NCBI GenBank assembly: GCA_963796455.1
Contig: CAWCLO010000001.1
Span: 576,001 to 640,000 of the forward strand
Source of the DNA: Candidatus Sulfomarinibacteraceae bacterium
GTDB lineage: Bacteria > Acidobacteriota > Thermoanaerobaculia > Thermoanaerobaculales > Sulfomarinibacteraceae
Reading direction: 5' to 3'
Length of the DNA: 64,000 nt
Part shown: piece after piece, positions 59,323 through 64,000 of the stretch
Layout: the number at the start of each line of letters is the position of its first letter
Numbering within the stretch: position 1 is the stretch's first letter
Program-made: the position numbers and the translations under genes
Notes under the pieces: generated by a model
Seen by the model: the letters and a program-made list of their open reading frames with translations, nothing else
Told to the model about the DNA's origin: nothing
Databases searched by the model: none

Positions 59323-61063
59323 GGGACCTCCGGGAGCGAGCCATCGCCAGGGTGGATCGAAGAATTGATGAGGCGATCTTGAAGGGCGTTACACATACCG
59401 GCGGAGCCAGTTCACCCGCCTGCCACAGAAGAATGCCCTGGCGGCGGCGGATCTTGCCCGACGAAGTTCGTGGCAGGGTGCCCGGTGGAAGCACCTCGAC
59501 GTGCTGCGGATCAAGTCCGGTCGCCGCTCGAACCGCACGCGCCATTTCGCCGGCGATCACGGGGTAGCGACCGGCGGGCTGGTTTCCCATGGCTTCTGCC
59601 AACACCACCAACTCCTCACCCGCTCCACCATCCGGGACAAAAGACGCCGCCAACGTGCAGCCGGTACGAACCCCCTCAACATCGTCGAGGGCATGTTCGA
59701 CCTCGATCGGCGAGTGATTGCGTCCACGGAGGATGATCAGGTCTTTGGACCGGCCGGTCAGAAAGAGCTCGCCCGAGGCGAGAAATCCGAGATCTCCGGT
59801 GTCGAGCCACCCGTCCCGAATCGCCCTGGCCGTCTCTCGGGGCTGACCGAAGTAACCATCCATGAGGGACGGGCCCGAGACCTCAAGGCGACCGATCTCT
59901 CCTTCGGGTTTTTGTTCTCCATTTGCGTCGACGATCCTGATTTCAAAATCCGGCAGCGGACGGCCCACCGACACGATCTCGACACCCGCTGGGTCTTCGG
60001 ATGCCACGCGCTCGTCGGCCAGAAGATCACGATCATAGAAGCGGCTCGTGAAAGGCCTGGAGACCTCGGAGAAGGTGACTGCCAGCGACGCTTCGGACAG
60101 ACCATAAACCGGAGTCAGGGCCTCAGCCCGGAAACCCCACCGGGCAAAGCGATCCTGAAAGGCCCTGAGGACCCTGGCGGCAACCGGTTCGGCACCGCAG
60201 AGCGCAACCCCCCACTGCGACAGATCGACCCCTTCAAGATCCTCGTCGCGAATCTTTTCGACGCACAGCCCATAGGCAAAATTCGGAGCGGGAGAGACCG
60301 TCGCCCGGTATTTCGAAATGCACCGCAACCAGACGGCAGGCCGAGCGACAAAGAGCTCCGGTGGGAGCAACGTCAGATCCGCCCCGCGCTCGAGGGCAGG
60401 AAAGACACACCCGATCAGCCCCATGTCGTGATAGAGGGGCAGCCAGCTGACGCCGCTGTGGGTGATCCCGTTGCCATCGGGCCAGAATCGGTTCAAGCGA
60501 ATGGTCTGTGCCACTACGGCACGGTGGCTCAGAGCAACCGGTCTGGGTACTGAGGTCGTTCCCGACGAAAATTGAATCATCGCCAGGTCGGTACTTTGCG
60601 GAGCATCGGTTTCCAGCCCGTCGTCATCGAGCGAAGCTACCGTACGACATCCGAGCCAGGGCTTCGCAAGCTCGATCACGGTTCCGAGAATTCGGCGAAC
60701 CCTGGTGTCGGCAAGCACCAACCGGGCATCAACCGCGCCCAGCATGGCTGCCGTTCGAGCGGTGTATTCATCCAGACGACCGAGCCGGACCGGCGGGTAG
60801 AGCGGCACCGGAATCCCACCCGCCATCAGGACTGCAAAAAACGCGTCGAAGAACTCGGGGGATGTGGGATACACGAGGGCAACTCGATCGCCACGCTCGA
60901 TGCCAAGGGCCGCCAGACCTCCTGCACAGCGCAGGGCACGATCTCGGATTTCCGACCAGGGGAAGAATGAAGCCCTTTCGTGACGGTCGATGAATCGCAA
61001 CCCGTGATCGGGAACGGCCGCCACCCGGTCGAGAAGATCGATCAGGGTGACGGAATCATCCAT
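59309..61063 (-). CDS. Fatty acyl-AMP ligase
   Basis: QFSSGTT, WLPLYHDMGLIG, PNFAY, YGLSEA, TGDLG, PRTSSGK. Confidence 0.9.
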   Translation of the reverse strand: MDDSVTLIDLLDRVAAVPDHGLRFIDRHERASFFPWSEIRDRALRCAGGLAALGIERGDRVALVYPTSPEFFDAFFAVLMAGGIPVPLYPPVRLGRLDEYTARTAAMLGAVDARLVLADTRVRRILGTVIELAKPWLGCRTVASLDDDGLETDAPQSTDLAMIQFSSGTTSVPRPVALSHRAVVAQTIRLNRFWPDGNGITHSGVSWLPLYHDMGLIGCVFPALERGADLTLLPPELFVARPAVWLRCISKYRATVSPAPNFAYGLCVEKIRDEDLEGVDLSQWGVALCGAEPVAARVLRAFQDRFARWGFRAEALTPVYGLSEASLAVTFSEVSRPFTSRFYDRDLLADERVASEDPAGVEIVSVGRPLPDFEIRIVDANGEQKPEGEIGRLEVSGPSLMDGYFGQPRETARAIRDGWLDTGDLGFLASGELFLTGRSKDLIILRGRNHSPIEVEHALDDVEGVRTGCTLAASFVPDGGAGEELVVLAEAMGNQPAGRYPVIAGEMARAVRAATGLDPQHVEVLPPGTLPRTSSGKIRRRQGILLWQAGELAPPVCVTPFKIASSILRSTLAMARSRRSRGRS

Positions 61064-61298
61064 CGATGCGCTCCCGGATCGCATCCACAAGATCGCCCAC
61101 CGTGACAATCCCCTCGACCTGATCGAGTTCGACCCGAAATCGGTTCTCCACTTCGAGAGCGAGGGTCAGGCTCTTGAGTGAGTCCAGTTCGAGGTCTTCA
61201 ACCAGACGCATCTCAGGCTGGAGTTCACCGGTCCAACCGACATGGGTTCGAGCCACCTCGGTGATCCCCTCGAGGACCTCACTTCGTGCCAGGCTCAC
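61056..61298 (-). CDS. Acyl carrier protein
   Basis: LVEDLELDSL phosphopantetheine site and VTVGDLV; GTG start overlaps the upstream stop. Confidence 0.88.
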   Translation of the reverse strand: MSLARSEVLEGITEVARTHVGWTGELQPEMRLVEDLELDSLKSLTLALEVENRFRVELDQVEGIVTVGDLVDAIRERIDG

Positions 61299-61861
61299 GC
61301 GACCTCCCCTGGTTCGACCGCGGCCGCCCCAGCTACAAGGGCCCGCTCCTCGACTGCAACGCGAACCCGCAGGAGGAGCAGATTGGCGACGCTGAAAAAC
61401 ACCGCGGTGAGCCACGCGAAATGAACCATTGGAATGGCGGCAATCTCGAGAACCACCGCCAGATAATTCGGATGTCGAAGCCACCGGTAGGGGCCGGTCA
61501 CCACCAGGTCTTCGCCGGGAACAACCACCACACGAGTCGTCCACCTCTGTCCAAGGGTGCTGAGAGCCCACCACCGCAGCACGAGGGCCACGATCAGAAC
61601 CGTCATCGATACGAGCGCAACCACCGGTATCCAAGGACGACGGAGGAGCCAGACCTCGGCAACGCAAGATACGAGAAATCCGCCGTGGAGAAGCACCATC
61701 ACAGGATAATGTCCGGAACCAACCTCGAGAGCCCCACGATCTCGCAAAAGGCGCAAATTCCGATCGGACACCCGCATCTCCCACAGGCGCTGGACGGCGA
61801 TCAAGCCGACCAGAAAGGTGTAGGCGACGCGGGAATCGACTTCGAAGAAGGTGCCCGTCAT
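61295..61861 (-). CDS. Isoprenylcysteine carboxyl methyltransferase family protein (SrsB/BpsB-like)
   Basis: LGQRWTTRV, GPYRWLRHPNY, EERAL; ATGA overlap with the PKS stop. Confidence 0.88.
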   Translation of the reverse strand: MTGTFFEVDSRVAYTFLVGLIAVQRLWEMRVSDRNLRLLRDRGALEVGSGHYPVMVLLHGGFLVSCVAEVWLLRRPWIPVVALVSMTVLIVALVLRWWALSTLGQRWTTRVVVVPGEDLVVTGPYRWLRHPNYLAVVLEIAAIPMVHFAWLTAVFFSVANLLLLRVRVAVEERALVAGAAAVEPGEVA

Positions 61862-62934
61862 TGTCCGTCCCATCGCAACAAAACCAACTCGGAGCAAAAA
61901 CCGGGGCCCATCGCGGTTATCACACCCCAACTCTCCCCTGCCGGCGGCGTTGCCATGGCCTCTTCGAGCACCATCAGGACCGAGGTGGAGGAGAGGTTGC
62001 CGACCTCGCGCAGGGTTCGCCAGGCGCTGTCGAGGGCGCCCTCCGGCAGATCCAGCGAGTCCTGCATGGCCTCGAGGACCTTGGGTCCACCCGGATGAGA
62101 GATCCAGTATTCGATGTTGTTCCTTTGCAGATTGTTCGCGCCAAGGAACGCGTCAACATCATCACGAAGGTGACGGCGCACCATTTCAGGCACCATGGCC
62201 GAAAGCACGACTTTGAAACCACGCTCCGAGACATCCCAGCCCATCACGCGTTCGCTCTCCGGATAGAATGACGACCGGCTGGCTATGATCTCAGGCCCAA
62301 CGGCGTCACGATCGGAACCAACCAGCACAACCGCCGCCGCACCATCTCCAAAGAGACCCGATGCAATCAGATTCTCGACCGAAAGATCTTCCCGTTGCAG
62401 GGTCAGCGAGCACAACTCGACGGAGAGCAGAACGACGACGTCGCTGGGATGACCCTTGAGATAGTCCGCAGCTCGCGCGACCCCGGCCGCTCCGGCGAGG
62501 CACCCGAGCCCGAAAATCGGCACCCTCTTCACGTCATTTCGCAGACCGATGCGATTGATCAGACGGGCATCGATCGATGGCGTCGCAACGCCGGTGACGG
62601 TGACAAAAAAGATGGCATCCACATCCTCGACCCCGAGTCCGGCACGCTCGAGAGCAGCGATCACCGCCTCACCGCCCAACTCGGTGGCGACGCGAATCCA
62701 GTGGTCGTTCGCCTCACCCCAACCGGTGAGCTTCGGATACTCCTCGAGGGGGAGCGCCAGATGGCGGCCACCGACCAGCACGTTCCGATGCAGATCCTCC
62801 AACCGCCTCAGGTTGAAATAGCGCTCGGCCCACTGCTCGCGAAAGGCGGCCAGCAAGGTCTCCTGATCGTAGAAATGATCGGGCAGCACCGAGGCCACTC
62901 CTGCAATATTTATCCCACCCACCGAGTCATCCAA
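61858..62934 (-). CDS. Type III polyketide synthase
   Basis: Cys-His-Asn triad motifs GLGCLAG, SHPGG, GNLSS; also LFGDGA and MGPGF. Confidence 0.94.
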   Translation of the reverse strand: MDDSVGGINIAGVASVLPDHFYDQETLLAAFREQWAERYFNLRRLEDLHRNVLVGGRHLALPLEEYPKLTGWGEANDHWIRVATELGGEAVIAALERAGLGVEDVDAIFFVTVTGVATPSIDARLINRIGLRNDVKRVPIFGLGCLAGAAGVARAADYLKGHPSDVVVLLSVELCSLTLQREDLSVENLIASGLFGDGAAAVVLVGSDRDAVGPEIIASRSSFYPESERVMGWDVSERGFKVVLSAMVPEMVRRHLRDDVDAFLGANNLQRNNIEYWISHPGGPKVLEAMQDSLDLPEGALDSAWRTLREVGNLSSTSVLMVLEEAMATPPAGESWGVITAMGPGFCSELVLLRWDGQ

Positions 62935-63093
62935 TCGCCGAGACGGGTCTCTGTCGGTCGTTGTTTGTTGTGAACCCTCATCTCATATTCGAGTGCAACA
63001 CAAGCACGGCGCCGAGTATTGCTGCACCTTTGTGTTCCCCTTCATGAGGTCCATCACAGGCGAAACCAAAAAAACCCGGTAGCATGAGCGTCG

Positions 63094-64000
63094 ATGTCGA
63101 TAGACCGCTTGATCCACTCCAGTTCACCAAGGTTGCCAAGGTTGCCAAGGCTGCTGAACTCATCGATCCTGGCATTTGCAACCGCGTTGATCTGCGGCGC
63201 CATGTGGTTATTTGGCTGGTTACCGGCTTTGGATCGAGTCACGGGAGATTTTCTCCTGCGCAGTGCAGGTAATCGCACCGGTGACGATCAACCTATTGCG
63301 GTCATTGTTATCGACGACCGCGCAATAGAGCTTTTCGGTCCCCTCCCCTGGCCCAGATCCCGGCTTGCCGAAATCGTCGAACAGAGTTTTGCCGCCGGCG
63401 CGCTTGGAGTCGCCATCGACCTCATCCTCGCCGAACCGGGTGACCCCACGGAAGATCTCGCCCTCGCTCGGGCACTGTCTCGGGGGTCGACCGTCCTTGC
63501 AACCGCATTCGACTCTACAGGCGAGTGGTTGCTGCCGCTGGAGCCTTTTGGAGGCGCCGGTGTGGCGGCCCACGCATATGGCGAGGTCGGTCCGGATGGG
63601 GTGGTGCGTTCGTATTCCGCCACCAAACAATCTCGTGGGCTGTCTCTCCCGGCCTTGCCCCTGGCAGCGGCTCGAATGCTGCGCCCTGATGTACCGATCA
63701 CACCCGGCGCCACGCTCCGACCCGATTTTAATCCGGCACCTCAAAACCTCCCGCGTCTCAGCGCCGCATCCTTTCTGAACGCTTCCTTTCAAGCGCAGGA
63801 TATCAGCGATCGGATCGTTTTCATCGGCATCTCGGCCACTGGGGCGAGCGACCAATTCGTGGTCCCCACCGGTCCTCGCCACACACCGGTGGCCGGTGTT
63901 CTGGCTCACGCCTCGGCCGCTTCGTCGATTCTCGGCGGGAGGCTCCTCCGGCTTGCTCCTGCGCTCTGGAGTTTGCTCCTGGCATTCTCACTCGCGGGCG
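63094..64000 (+). CDS. CHASE2 domain protein, 3'-partial (not in the ORF track)
   Basis: Frame reads TM segment, IDDRAIELFGPLPWPR, AIDLILAEP, PDGVVR, IVFIG, PVAGVLAHA; open to the window end. Confidence 0.8.
   Translation, partial: MSIDRLIHSSSPRLPRLPRLLNSSILAFATALICGAMWLFGWLPALDRVTGDFLLRSAGNRTGDDQPIAVIVIDDRAIELFGPLPWPRSRLAEIVEQSFAAGALGVAIDLILAEPGDPTEDLALARALSRGSTVLATAFDSTGEWLLPLEPFGGAGVAAHAYGEVGPDGVVRSYSATKQSRGLSLPALPLAAARMLRPDVPITPGATLRPDFNPAPQNLPRLSAASFLNASFQAQDISDRIVFIGISATGASDQFVVPTGPRHTPVAGVLAHASAASSILGGRLLRLAPALWSLLLAFSLAG

Noticed and set aside
63220..63909. 229-aa minus-strand ORF
   Set aside because: It is antisense to the CHASE2 gene on the plus strand, which the ORF track missed because it runs off the window.

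Overview
GC-rich bacterial chromosomal window, probably Acidobacteriota (inferred from the VWFA/GWxTD proteins and the intergenic repeat style). It holds mostly housekeeping and envelope genes: a VWA/GWxTD/TPR/Omp85 cluster, an acyl-CoA carboxylase beta subunit, UvrD, thioredoxin, LPS genes, MltA, a TatT-TRAP transporter, UGPase, tRNA-Gly and tRNA-Cys, an S1-domain protein, pyrR-pyrB-pyrC, queF, ppk2, dinB and glgC. Four things stand out. (1) A respiratory island at 47.5-54.6 kb carries two porin-cytochrome modules. In the second, the beta-barrel beside a decaheme cytochrome is split by an in-frame TGA that is followed by a SECIS-like hairpin, so it is probably a heme-motif selenoprotein porin. 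(2) A repeated cassette occurs as three intact copies and one internally deleted copy. It consists of a 117-aa four-helix-bundle gene, a three-tier hairpin leader covering its RBS, and long imperfect inverted flanks, with no transposase. (3) Many intergenic spacers are bracketed by inverted pairs of short tandem arrays and share modular repeats, including a 1.1-kb non-coding fold-back with a central four-way junction. (4) A type III PKS / methyltransferase / ACP / FAAL / flavoprotein lipid cluster lies near the end. Product calls come from motifs read by eye; no searches were run.
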